From the NCBI GenBank assembly GCA_002633005.1, contig NMRA01000293.1, positions 209,198 through 273,197 on the forward strand: a stretch of 64,000 nt of DNA, in the 5' to 3' direction. Position numbers and translations under genes: made by a program. The notes under the pieces were generated by a model. It had not been told where the DNA came from and made no database searches. It was given only the letters and a program-made list of their open reading frames with translations. Shown piece by piece: positions 1 to 13,700 of the stretch (within the stretch, counting starts at the first letter, position 1; the number at the start of each line of letters is the position of its first letter). Source of the stretch: Phoronis australis. Taxonomy: Eukaryota; Animalia; Phoronida.

Positions 1-2112
1 GCTTAGTAACACGGCGTGTCATTTTATGCCCAAGCGTGTTCTCAACGAATAGCGAACTGCCAATTCACTTCAAATTCAGATCTCTCGAACAAGCTGAAAC
101 TAATTTTACAGCGGTATTCAGTGGCCAAATCGGGCAGAAGTTTGCTTTCTGGGTGGAAGTCAGAAGGCACGCACACAGCACCCTTTGACACAGCGTCACC
201 TATACTGAAAAGTGGCCTTGTGGCAACATGATGAACGACACACGGAATTCCGTGTGTGAGCATCAATGCGCATGCTTGGTTGGAAGTTTACCGATCACAT
301 CGCCGCCACTTGCACACGCCTTCTGGGCTTAAGCCACTGGATCGGGGTTTCCTTGATTTTGTTTAGTTCGATCACTGCCCGTTTTAATAAATTACAACTA
401 TTCAAGTCAAAGGGTGTCCTCATACTACTTAACAGAAAACTGAAAGGGGGTTCCCAGATTTCAACCAATGGGAACGACTTTAACCAATGAGAAGCCTTGT
501 TAAACAACATTCCACAGTGCTAGTTTTCGTAGCACACTGAGACTGGCACGCGCATTGAAAGACAGCCTCTGTCATTTGTATTCTTTTGGTGGCAGTTTTT
601 GAAATTTCACCTGTAAAACATTTATGTCAAATGAAATTCGGCTATGTTATTGATACCGTCGTTTTCTTATGAATGTACACTTCATTTTTGCTGAAATTTA
701 CAAAAACTCTTGGCAATGTGACCTTAGAATGCAAGATTGGTATTAATCTAAAATTTTAATTTAGAAATTTTACAGTCTAGCTGTTTTTAGAAAATATATA
801 TACATTTACCGAGTTTGGCTAACACACAGACTTGTCGATAAGGGCCATCGTAACCTTAATCATACGTTTATGTAATGCCAGTAGGGAGAGTTGGCTGACC
901 CGGCTAGTTTACCTTAACTCAGCACGCTATTCAGCAGTTTTTAGCCTCGTTGCAGTGTTCAGCTCACTGTTTTAAAAATCAAAACAGCAAATTTTCAGTG
1001 TTGTGAAATGGGTTGCAATACAGATACGCTGTGTTAGTTGTGAAGTTGGAAGTATGTTTGCGATAGCATCCCTTGGTTTTCTTCTTTTCCTTCCCATGGA
1101 GGGTTGAAGATGTAGTCCATGTTGAATGTGGTGTTGGTATTGAGCGACCTCTGTAGTCTTACCTCTTTAGTCCTAGCTTTGTAGAGCTTACTTCGGGATG
1201 ACGCTTAAAGCAGTTTCGTAACTTTGCCATGGACGTTCTACAGTTTCACATTGTCGTGAACTATGTAAATCTATTGGTTGAACGAAAGAAATACCAGGCC
1301 ATCCGATAATGTAAGATATAATTTTACCAAAGGTAGTGAATGATTCTTACTTAGACTTAATTTCCATTTCAGTGCTGGAAATTACTAGCATTTGACCCCT
1401 GCCATTTTACATGTGTAAACCCCGCCTTCGATTAAAAATTGACTTTTGGTGTAGACTACTTATTGTTATTGTCTCAACTCAATCCTTGGGCGTGGAAAGA
1501 ACTGACAGGTCGTTATTTCTTAAGAAAAGGTTCAACAAGTTTTAACTTGGTTAAAACCTGTTGCGTTGTTTTAGTATGCCCCCAGCATCGTCTCAAGTCC
1601 TATCAAACTATTTTACAGTTATCTGCCGGTAGGTGGTCTAAATCGATGGTTTCAGTGGCGGAAAGTGGATTTAGGGCAGTTTTAGCTCTTTGGCTAAAAT
1701 AAGAGAACAAAATAGCCAAAGCGTGCTTAGCAAAAACTATGCCCTTTAATGTGCAGTCAGACATTCGGACAATGTAAACGGCGATATTCTATGTCAGTAG
1801 ATTGGAAAGACTGGTTGTGGTTTTTTTTGCAGTGGGTAGATCTTGTTTAGGTCTTTTGAACACCAGTTGGAATCTAAAGTACATAGGTATTTGAACTGAC
1901 TGGCCGCCGTGGCCGGCCTACCGAATCTTGAAAGAAGGGATAGCCCTAAAAGTTGCACTCGGAAAGCAACAAACAATAGAAGCAAAACGTCGATTCGGTT
2001 GAACTCTAATCGATCTTACCTTCTCGATCACTTCTCTCTCAGACGCCAGTCACGCGCTAATAACTACACCACAGCGCCCCATACATCACAATTTTCAAAA
2101 ACCGTTGTACTG

Positions 2113-2210
2113 CATTGGCGGATTTAGGATATCGAAAAGGAGCCCATCTGTGTGAACCATTTTGGTCGCGTGTGGATGGGAGACGGACCCTGCCCCTTAA
2201 ACCGTCCATG
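2113..2210. mobile_element. Short MITE-like element (CATTGGCGGAT...), copy 1
   Basis: Starts CATTGGCGGATTTAGGAT and ends GCCCCTTAAACCGTCCATG (imperfect terminal inverted repeats). Related ends occur at 14140-14223. No clear TSD. Confidence 0.45.
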
Positions 2211-2440
2211 AATTTGAAGAATATTTGCAGTATGTGGGTCATTAATATTGCGGGTTAGCCTTCCTAATTACACACGGTAAACCCACTGACCCACTGTAGT
2301 TCACCGGTAGCTTCAACGGAAAGATTCGTCGCCGTTAGCTACATTTATTCCAGTTTGAATTTTGCGGCGTAAATTAACTTTTAAGGGCATAAATCAATTC
2401 ATTACGGTGTAAATTAATTATTTGTGGTGTAAATTTGTCG

Positions 2441-2618
2441 TTGGACAAATTGGTGAACGATACGCACGTAAATTACGTGCGTAAATTAACTTAGGTTACG
2501 TCGTAATTAATCTACGTCGTTAAAAGTTCAGTTACGTCGTTAATAATTAACTTACGCCACTAACAAGAATTAATTTACGCACGTAATTTACGTGCGAAAC
2601 GTTCACCCATTTGGCCAA
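2441..2618. mobile_element. MITE-like foldback element with ~49-bp terminal inverted repeats
   Basis: Left arm TTGGACAAATTGGTGAACGATACGCACGTAAATTACGTGCGTAAATTAA (from 2441) is the reverse complement of 2570-2618 with about 4 mismatches. Interior has TTACGTCGT sub-repeats. No clear TSD. Confidence 0.65.
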
Positions 2619-2822
2619 TGATGCATTGCTAGGACCACCGCTATATTACTCCCAGCTATATACATGTCTAACTCTTTATATGTTTATACCGTAACGTCGT
2701 AGCGAAACTTGTGATATTGTACCCAATGAGCGTGGATCCGATGCTAGACCACGTGATGCGTAACCTGACCCTAACTCCCTAATCCACCTCGCAAACTGAT
2801 GAACTGTTTGTTGTAATTGTAG

Positions 2823-3768
2823 AAAAACATCCGGCAATTCGAACAAGAAAGATGTGTCCAGCAAAAAGCGTTCTTTGAAGAGCAATTCGTCAAAAGAAAG
2901 TACTGGTTCGAAAGCATGGTCCAACTGGCGCAGATTTCTGAATAAGTCTCACAATCAAGAACGCAATGGATCCAGTAAGCACTGGAATCATGGTCCGAAC
3001 TTGACGTCATTTCGGCCAGCATTAGTTTACGTTCCCAAAGAATTTGACATAAGAGAAACTAATTACCGAAATTCCCCAAATGCGGACTTGCATTATTCAC
3101 AATACAAAAGTTTGGACCGGGACTATTTTCGCGGCAGACATATGTCGTCGAACTCGTTTGTAAAGCATGACGATATTTATTCTTACTTTAATCCCAACAA
3201 CAGAATTCGATTGCTTCGTCACGACTCATACGACACCAGACACCACCGAAGCCGATCTAACATCGTTCCCTCTTACGTTTTTCGTGGAAAGTATATTTCA
3301 CCGGTCACACACGCATCAATGATTCAACATCCAGTCTCAAGACCGCCATCTACCAGGCAGTTGCCCTTGAGAACCATAGAAATACATCGAGTAGTTGCCA
3401 AGGACGGTGACGTCAGTTATGCGTCGCACGTAACGGTGCCGATTGTACGTTCTCACTCTGCGCCACCGATATCGCGAATTCGCGTCAGTAATAGTTATAT
3501 ACCAGAGAAAATCAACAAACTCAATCGCAATATGAAGGTCTACAAACCCATTGCACGCCATAGCAAACTAGAAACCTTACAAGAAAATGATAGGCATAAA
3601 ATTGCTGATAACGGTAAACCACGTGCGAAATACAGTCATGTGACTTTGTCTATTCCACCGTTTCGTGTCGAAAATCAGTTGATTCGGGAAACAGAAACCC
3701 TAACGATATCCTGTAACCTTTTTGAAGACGCTTCTGACATGCAAGTTAATGAGTTTGCTGAAGTTTAA
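2823..3768 (+). CDS. Probable terminal coding exon of an unidentified gene (Ser/Arg/His/Asn-rich, likely disordered, ~315 codons)
   Basis: The 304-aa ORF (2854-3768) starts at GTG and stays open upstream to an acceptor TTGTAATTGTAG at 2822. An open frame over 900 nt is unlikely by chance in this AT-rich DNA. AATAAA at 4671. No domain recognised and upstream exons not found. Confidence 0.5.
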
Positions 3769-6700
3769 AGAAAACATGAAAAACATATTTAAAGTTTTAT
3801 ACGTTTAGGACCAATACGTGAAAGCCTTGTAGGTGATTTTGTTATTTTAGATGTATTGGGCTACCCAGACAGTCCCAGCAATACTTAACAACATGAGAAA
3901 GTACGATTACGTTAGCTCGTTAAATGATACTAGAGGTAATCTTTTCGCGCCATGCGTCGCCGCGAGATCACAGAACAAAGAATGGAAGACCAAAAGTAGT
4001 TGTATTGAAAAGGATTGTGAACAGAACACCATTGTAAGGATTCTTGCACTGACGTAGTAGACAAAAACTGCTAGTTACATAAATCAATCTATGGCATTTG
4101 TGTGCTCGGAGTGATATATTCTGGCAATCAAATTCAAATGTGTGAGTTTAAAGATTATCAATGACTTTCATTTCTTAAAAGTATAGTAGGTTCTCGTCTC
4201 TGGCTTTCTTGAAACTCGAGTCGGTCATGTCAGTCGGTCATGTCAGTCGTGTGGTATTTTTAGTTGTCCACTTTTTCAAAATAGAAAATTCACCAGGACG
4301 AGCAAAAATGATCCGGTATTTTTTATCATCGCTTAGCAAATTATGGCGTTCCAAGCCTTCCTATCCTTGCTTACGAGCCTTTGTGCAGCTTTTTAAAATA
4401 ATCATACACTAGACCTTGGCTGCAACTGATGCCAGACCATAAGCAAGTTAGTGTGCTTGTTTGTCTTACCGTTAATTTTGACACAGATTACTAGTATACC
4501 GGATGTGGAGTCAGATCAAGTGAGGTATTGTCTGGTCTGACATGATTTGACCGAAACAATTGTGGGTAGCACAACAGATTGTCACATGAAAATTCATTAC
4601 ACTGATTGTATTTCTAAACTTCGCTTATCGATCTGGTGAGTTTGGATATGTAAAACTATGCTTTGTGACAAATAAAATGAGGTAGACACCGTAGGCAGAC
4701 AAATTCTGTGGATTGAAGTCATTGATATAAATTTTTAATCGCTGTCGCACGTATGGCAACACCAAAAGTCTGCAACTTCAGGTAGTAGTGCTTTAGCTTT
4801 AAACGGCAGTATATACCTCAAATTAATAGAGTAAATTGTCGTTACCAAGGTCGTTGTGTCTCACTTGTTCCACGTGCCATTTGAAAATCCAGAAGCCCTG
4901 ACGCTTACAAGTGTCATCGATTTACAAAAGAAATTCAAGCTAGTGTCCCGCACCCGTGGAGTATTTGATGATCTCTTGCGCAAAAAATGTAATTGAATGA
5001 CATGGTGGCAACAAGGACAGAGGATTCTTTTAGTCCAGAACAGTACCTGTGTGGAGGCTCACTCAAAAGTTACTAATGTTGTTGGCCAGTTCATGTTGCA
5101 AGTACATCACGTTTACGGATTACGGAGACACGAGTTTGAAACAGGGTGCTATTAGACGCTAAGGAGCAACTGGCCGTTGTGTGTACTCCTAAAAAACTTG
5201 TGTCGGTTAAACTTCCACCAAATTAGCCATTTTGCCATATTACTAACATTGCAGGGCAACGTTCTCGGCATTGCACCGGCCATAACTGTTTGTCACGTAT
5301 AGACAATCACTTCCGTGATTGATAACCGAATGCCAAGCACGCACAGTAACACACTTCACACTTTGTTTTCAAACGCTTAAACCAACTAAAATCCTGCTGG
5401 ATTCGATGACTAGGTCGTTGCAATTTGTTTTGTGTAGTGACAATCTGTTCAGGCCTACTTGTAAGTGAATAGGCCTATATGCGCATGTTATATGTAACTA
5501 TTATGCTGAGATAATCACGAATACTATTATACTCTGTTTTTGTTTAATGTTTTTGCACTCTACTTGACAATATGTTTTAAAGACCACAAAAACTAATAGG
5601 GGCTTGTTTTGGCAAATGGGCGTGAAAACGGAATTAAACGTGAAACTGTAAACTGGGTTGCATTCTGTAGACACAAGAAACTTGCAAAAAAGCTTATGCG
5701 ACCACGTGCTGCGATTCTAAAGCATGGCGATATCTCGTGAAGACTTACGTGATCTTGCGTTTCGCGAATTTCTTCCGGTATAAAAATGGAACTTGACCAA
5801 CCATAGCAATTGCGTTGGGCGACTACATTAGCTGGAACTGCATTAGACTGCAGGGACAAAGCGGTTTTAGATAAAATACAGTCATATTGCCATCACATAG
5901 CTTCTAAATAGATCGCGTATTTCAAACGGACGCTGGTACGATCACCTTGCGCAGCGTCACTTTGCGTCGTGTTAATGGTAACGCCTAAAGAAAATATTTT
6001 CTATCCACGTAGTCACAAATTTAGACTTGCCTCAAACAATATCGGATGAATCGTATTATTGCTACATGATGACACTCTATAAGACATTTATAATACATCA
6101 TTTTTAAATTTTACAGTCATTGCGAAGGAACGATAGTGTCGTTTGAATAAATGAAATTGAATTTAGAGAGTGTCTGGAAACTAGATCAACTACAGCCGAG
6201 TTTTTAGAACGACTCGATGCTACTTCGCGTACTCAACCCTTTCACCACTGAATCCTACTGTCTACGCCAAGTACTCAATTTTATCGAGTCTTCATAATTT
6301 TACCATCAGTTCCGGTAATTTCGTACCAAAGTGAGGCACTGACAGCCTATTTGGTGGACATGCGGTTTATTAATGAGTTGGAGAGGATTTGTCTTGATTC
6401 GCGAAATCATGCTCGCGACTGGGAGGCAGGTGTTTGCCAGAAATACGTGACACTTGCTGCAACCCTGCGTCGCCAACCGACTAGAGCGACGTCTTTCGTC
6501 AAAATGTAGGCCAAGTACCATTTAGCAGTAGCAATGCATCAACAGTGTTAGTTGTAGCAGTAGCAATGCGATGACAGTTCACATTTCCTCCAACAGAAAT
6601 GATACGCATTTAAAGACCACGTAGTCCCGTTCTGAATTACACCAAGACCGCTGTATATTCAACAATGTTTACCCAGAATGGTTGTTATTAATGTCCGTGA

Positions 6701-9700
6701 ATGCCCAATGTTATCGCTCTTTGGTTGCCTGTCTCAACTCAGACGTGCCTTCGAAAACTAAGCCAGTCAAGTGTTTTTTATTTTCGCTACAGAAGAGAGT
6801 ATAGTAAGGTGCTGTTAGTATCTCACTGGCGAAAGGTTATCGACTATTTTTCAGAGTTGAACAAATTAGACAGCATAGATGGTACTACGACATAATGTTG
6901 CAAAAAACGGTCACCCATATAACAACGATAGAACAACTCTGCTAAACATGACAACTCTGCTAAACATGACATATTAGGGACAACTTGAACATGTTCGTCA
7001 TCATCCAACTTCAGAGTTGTATCGGAATTCTGAAATAGTAAATTTCTTAACTCTGTCACCTCTGCCACGGTACGGTATTCTAATTTGTTGTCTGAAGAAA
7101 TCCAGTTGGCATCAGCGGCCCGGCCAAGATTAAACGCATTGTTTCCTTACCCAGTTGAGCCCTGAAATTCGCTAACATGTAGTTAAGTTGGGCATTATGA
7201 TTCCGCTGTACCTTTCGCTACCGATACTAATGTAAAATGGTCTATTGCCCAAGTTTGGAGCAAGACGGTTCGAACGGTAATAAACCCGTCTTCTGTATCA
7301 CAAATACGAACATTTGGTATAGACCGCTTACAGTTATGAGATTCACCTCAAACTGCTCTTTAGTCAAATGAGAGCCGTGCTGACTTCAGGGGCTTCAAAA
7401 TAACTGACCGTTATTGCGTGGCCTCAAGGAGTAACGAATTATCAGTTTGTTGCTAACCCCAGAAGTCACCTCTCTTAATAAGGAACCAGTTGAGACCAGA
7501 CGTTTATGGTAATTGGTGGTCTAAAGAAAACGTTTACTTCTTGAACACGGCTTTATAGCAGCGGGCCGCTATAAGACTATAATGCACACCCACGGATACA
7601 ACCCAACAGTGAGGCCGTCGTTGAGGTTAACACGCATGCAGCAGAGTGGCGTTCCGTTGACCGAGTTTCTTGCGAAAAAGCAACCTCTCGCAAGACCTCG
7701 CAAGATCACTTGAGTGTTTCGCGATGGTTTATACTATTCTGAAAAAATGGCAGTCGCTGAAGTAATTACCGGGTCGGTGAAGTTGGATTCAGTGCGGAGA
7801 CTTGATTTCTGTGTTCACTACTTAAGATTGAGTGACCCAGGTTGTTACTTATTCGTTAAAAATTTAAACAAAGGGAAGGTGTCTTCAATTGTCTTGATGG
7901 TGGATATTTTCAAACATTAACTTTTAGGCTGTGTGCAAATGTGGATTTCGACATGCGAAACACCCGAGGGCAACTACCAAAAGTTGAAATGCAATCAAAT
8001 CAAGATCGTTTCCACTAGTGTTTTACTGACATTGGTCAAGTTCCTAGTTTTTGGTTGTTTTCCCTGAGAACTTGATACTGCAGTGCCACTATCCTTGATC
8101 CCGTAGGCGTTAAATATGTAATCCACAGCCTGGGTCCCACTGCCGACCTTCAGTGATGACTATGGTAGATCAATTGCTTGATACAACCTCGCGCTCGACA
8201 AGCAGCGTGTATAAACCACCCAATACATGACTAGTTTTTCCAACATCGACGCTGACATATTGGCACAGTGTATGAATCCATTGGTGCCTACCTTCGCCAG
8301 AATCCCCAGTTGCATCAAACGTATATCAACTACAAAATCTAATCTTTATATTGCGCCCCCAAACTGGGTGCACGTTTCGCACAATTGCGTTGTTGAGACT
8401 CGTATGCGTTGCAATAGAAACCTTTTTGTTTTGTTTCCTTCGGATTTTGCTACTGCAAGTTCAAAAGGCAAACGAACACACCTAGTTCACCATGGGTTTG
8501 TTTTTAGTTTTGCTCAAATCTTGTCTAAGGTTGCTCCGTTTCGGGTATCTGAGTTCATGCTCGGTATGCAGTGTACGTTGAACGACGGTTTCCTCTTTCT
8601 TGCCTATGAAAGTGTACACCGGGTACTATGAAGCGTGGACGCTGTGGGTTAGCTAAATCGCTATTGTATGCTGACCAGTTTGCTTGTTGCGGCTTATTCC
8701 ATTTCTCCTCCACCTCTGCTGCGTTATGTGCATTTCCATCTGGTACGCTGTACAATAAAATATTTGCACTCGACTTACACTGGCACTGTATTAAAGCTAC
8801 ATTTCGCCCTGTTTACATGTAGCTGGTTGAGAAACGAAAATCGAATGGGGCATTTTCCTTTCATAAGATAGGTCTCACAATCTTTGGATTGCAATTTTAG
8901 GGTTGCCCAACACCAATAAACTTTAAAGAGTTTTCTTGAGGCACTGATGGTTTGGATGATCTCAGAAAAAAAATCTATCACGGTACGTAATATTATGAGA
9001 CCGATTTCAAGAGAGTAAAGGGCTTAATTCGATTTTCATTTTTAGCCATCGAAACAGGGCGAAAGTCAGTTTTAAGTTCAAATGTAAGCAAGGATGCTTC
9101 CTGTTTTCTAATCAAATAGTCTGCCGGGGTAAAATGAGTTATCTTAAACTGTTCGCTGAAAGTTTTGTGGTCAGTAGAGAAACCAAATGATTCTCTTCCT
9201 GCAGACATTCTTAAAAACCCCACCCACTTTTGGTTAACTGTGACGTCTTTTCGCAGCAATGTGGCCCGGTGGAGTGTCAACGCGTACCATTTACATGAAA
9301 AAGTTAAGAGGCACTGTACAGCTTTCACACTACATTGGTGTGACTTACTTTAAAAAAATACAGTTGCTTTAAACCATACTCCATTATTACCGTGTTAAAT
9401 GGACACAATAGGCTTCAGGACCGAAAAACGCATTTTGTGAATATTTATGGGCAGAGTAGACTTCTTGATGTTATGAGCTTTGATCAGTCCCATGATCTCA
9501 CTAGACGTCGACGATTCTCGATGTTGGCTTCCAGTCCCAGGTATTTGCTTAGTGGGCGCGCGCCGATTTTATGAGTTATGCGCTGTTTCATGCGAAATGA
9601 TCGAGCACGCCGGCGTAAGAAGCCCAGAGAGCTACTCTGCCGCCACTGCATGCACACTGGTAGAGTAACTTCTCTTGAATTAGGATTTGGGGACGAAATT

Positions 9701-10765
9701 AACACTAGCCTGTCATGCGAGATGAGTACATTTCTAGGCCGGATTTCGAACTTACTTGGCTTGGGATCTTACTAAAGAACCGTGTACATCTGCTTTTTCT
9801 ATACAGAATGACTCGACTTTGGTGCAAACCTGTTATTGCATGCTTTTGAAAAGCTTACAATATGTTTTCAGTGTTTGAGTAATCAACCAATTGACTTCCC
9901 CGCTGAATCAAAAATCAAAATATTTCCAATAAGTTCGCCCAAATACATATAAAAGCAAAATGCTCTTTGAAAACCCGACAACACGGTGTTTATAACTGCT
10001 AAGCTACGCAATTTAGCGGTAACTATTACCAGAGTATTATGCCTCAACCATTAACGTAATACCAGGAATACGCATTTGTGCCGGGCAATGCGAGCTTTGG
10101 ATGCGGACAAGGCAGCACCTGCTGGTCACGTGGTTCAACAGAGACGTCGACGGTCATTTGCGAAAACAAAAGCGAAAGAAAAACACCCTCACATAAAGAA
10201 GTCGAAATGTTTTCGATGGAAAAGCTCCGAAGGACTGCTGAGATAAAATTCGTGGAATTTTGTTGAACTTCGTGCATATGCTTCATTGTTGCCGATAATA
10301 TTAACATAATAGAACTTGAAATTTTTGGAAGACTAGGCCTATGTGCGTAAATAATTGCTTTACGGTAGGAAATGAATAAAATACATAGTTCAGTGCTGTC
10401 TAAGTAATGAATTTTGATTCCACTTCCATGTGGCATTTTGCATGCATCGTTTAAGCGATCTGCACATATTTGCGTTACACGTTATATTCTGTGATCTAAC
10501 ATCTACTCTGCACCTTGTACTTTGAAACATTCATGAAAACTGATCCTCTTGGTTGACTTTTTGACGCATGCGGTATCAAACAAAAAGCACATGTTAAACG
10601 GAGACGAGACTAACAATAATTAATTGAAGCCACGCTTCCGAGTATCATATTCAACTTTATTTTTGTAGGGGAAATACATGTGTGTTATCGTCCCATTAGC
10701 TGGCGTTATTTGCCCTGCTAAGGGTATCGGTGGCCAGTGCGAACTAGTCATCCACAGGGACGACA

Positions 10766-13700
10766 ATGGCTGCTGGTTTATCGCGAACTGTGTTTCTCCT
10801 TAGTCTGTATGAGACACTTATTCTCATCATCCAAGGCAAGCAGCCGAATATCATTTTCATTCTCACTGACGATCACGGCTGGAACGACGTTGGATACCAC
10901 GGCTCTGAGATCAGCACACCCAATTTAGACTACCTGGCCAAGACCGGGGTACAGTTGGAAAATTACTATGTTCAACCAACATGCACTCCGTCAAGGAGTC
11001 AACTTCTCACAGGGAGATATCAGGTAAAATACTACGGACGGCATGCAGGTAATGTCTGTGTGGACAAGGGCTACTGTTGTTTCCAATTACGACTAGTCTT
11101 TTAAAAAGTTCGTATTTTCCGGAGGTTGTTTGGCAAGAATAAACATCGCATAATGCCGTTAAATTAATTGTTTTATTAGATTAAATTGATCACAAATACC
11201 GCTACTCTTAGTGTTATTTGCTTTTGATGGCTCACGTGTTGTGTTGTTGGTCAGTCTGGTGACGGTGTTAATAACGCTAGTATTTGATGAAGCAATGACC
11301 TGTCTCTATCTTGGAAATTTTGTTTGCACGCGTCTGACTTATCTAACTAACGTCAGTACAATATTCGAACTAAGTTGCATGTCTTGAGATTCTGTAGGTT
11401 TTTCCATCAAAGTTATGTTTTAATCTAACCACTAACAAGTTCACTGAAGAAATTAACACTCGTTAACGGGTGGCCTTTGGTCAAAAGGTTTCACTGAAGC
11501 AGAAATAAGTCCCCATGACAACGCGTGCATGCCCGCCTCTTGGTTCAGCATTAACGTTGCGTTCAGACGGCAAGTCGTCCTGAAACGAGTTGACGTCAAG
11601 GTTTCTTGTGCCTTGTCAGTTAAGCGTCGAGTCAACATTTCTACCACTCGAGAAAAGCAAGGACTGTGATAAATAGTTGATTTCCTCTGCAGCAGAGAGG
11701 CGCAGTCCTGAGTGTAGGAGACCTTTGAGAAGAGCCAAATGTGCACGGGAACTTAGGTGTCACTCAACAGTTTTTCTTGCTTGCCTACAGTGCAACAAAT
11801 AGCATTCAAATTGCGTTACATTTGCTTTTATGACCACGGCAGACCTAGCCAGTCACTCCGAAAACGAGCAAAAATACATAAAATTGTAAATTTTTCAACC
11901 CAAAACGAATCGCATGCGGCTACTGGGCACCAGCAGATAACGCACTCAGAATGCCAAAACAATCTAGACTCCAAAAAACTGAGTACACAATGGATGTCGA
12001 TTAGACTTTTATTGCTTACCTGAAAAGACTGAAGTGTATCTGAATTTCCCGCCAAAACTTGCCTGGCCGACAGAAAGTGATAGCCGTCGGAGTGTTAATG
12101 AGCAGCCACGGTTACAAGAAAGTTAGGTAAAGGGGATAAGAAGCTGTGCATTTTTTCAAAAACAGGTGTAAAAACTAGAAAAGTGCCACTAGTAACCACC
12201 ACACTTACAATAAATCTCAAAATACCCAGCCAATCCAGCAGTTGCCATTTTTTTACGAAATTGGGGTAATTCAACTGTGGCTTGAAAGCTATTGAAAGCC
12301 ACCTAAAGTAGCCTTGCAAAATGACGGCCACTGAAGTGATTAGTCGGTGAGGTAGCAATGTTGAATTATGGGATTGTATATATAAATCATAAGATAGAAC
12401 TCGCCTCAAGTGTAAGGTAACGTCCTGTTGCCTACGGGCATAAATCCCAGGGGTTGGCGAATGATCGAGTGCTTGGCATGGCAAATATAGTAACTAAATG
12501 TAGGTTACTTAAGAGGCAAATTTGCTGATGTCTGGGGGATGGGGTGGAGAAAGAGGGTGGCTTTCAGGCAAAATGGTTGATGACGGGGGGAGGGTTGCAG
12601 AATTAGTGGCTATTTTGCTTTGCGTGACGTTTCCAGTTTTGAATTCCAACAACATACATGTAGAACAATGTGTATCAGTACAGTCACTATGCTTTTTGAA
12701 TATCGGTATTTGCTAAGAAAAGTGACCCCTCCCCCTCACCCGGTCGCTTCTTCTACAATTACATTATACCTATTTTCGGCTTAGGAGCTATAGGGGGTTG
12801 CGCGACAAAGTTGTTTTCTTGATCGTGTGGCAATGAGCCGGGTAAGTGCGGTACTTTTGAGGATGGGACGTAATTTTATTTTTTTACATTCCAAGCAGCC
12901 AAATAGTTACGTTTTTCATTTGTTCAGTCAAAGATGCTTTTTTATTAATTGAATTAACCGTCAGAGGTATATTAATTCTTCTTTATTTATACTCCGTCAT
13001 ATCGTGGATGAAAAGGAATCCTTTGGAGCCCGGCATTTTTCCATGATGCTTAACATAAAATTTAGACATCCTTAAAAACGAACAGGGGTCATCGTCAAGG
13101 TTAAGAAATCAAACATTTTAAGTGTTACATTAAAATGCTCCACCGGCGAAGTTGTCATAGTTTTTGCATTTAACGCTGTTTAACCTACGAAGTTGCTTCA
13201 GCCAGGGGCGGGATGGTGTTATAGTAATTTTGTGAATGCAGAATTACATTTCATTACCTGAGGTTACATTCTTCGAGTCATGCACGAGGAATGTGATTGG
13301 TTGAATATCCGAACCGCTACGAAGCTGTTCTCACTTAGCCGTTAACCTGGACGTGGCACCAAGGTGAAGCGTGCCTGACATGTGACATTGAGCGTTAACA
13401 GCTACATATAAAGTCAGGCGACCACCCGTCGCAAGGAAATACGCTTTCATATAGTGACATGTGAATGCATTTTACAGACATAAGTAGCTAGCCGAAATTC
13501 ATTCACGCTTTGGGTCAAATCTTAACATATCTTTGGAATTATCATTCAAACATTCTGGAAATTGACACGGAATATCGACGACAGTCGTTATAAATGTGAT
13601 GTTGCCAATGGTAATAATGATAATAACAACTGCAACAATAACAACAACAACAATGACAACAACGACAACAACAGCAGCAGCAAAAATAAAAAGAAGACGA

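Noticed and set aside
238-257. Perfect 20-bp palindrome ACACACGGAATTCCGTGTGT
   Set aside because: Isolated, no second copy or element ends seen; no function can be supported.
1833-2127. Possible upstream exon(s) of the 2823-3768 ORF (acceptor TTTTTTTGCAG at 1832; ORF 1909-2127)
   Set aside because: No donor found that joins in the required phase with confidence, and no recognisable protein similarity.
6844-7068. 74-aa minus-strand ORF with SCLAEL repeated
   Set aside because: The repeat comes from an 18-bp tandem duplication; no homology or splice support.
8227-8631. 134-aa ATG-initiated ORF
   Set aside because: No motifs or coding-like composition; consistent with a chance ORF.
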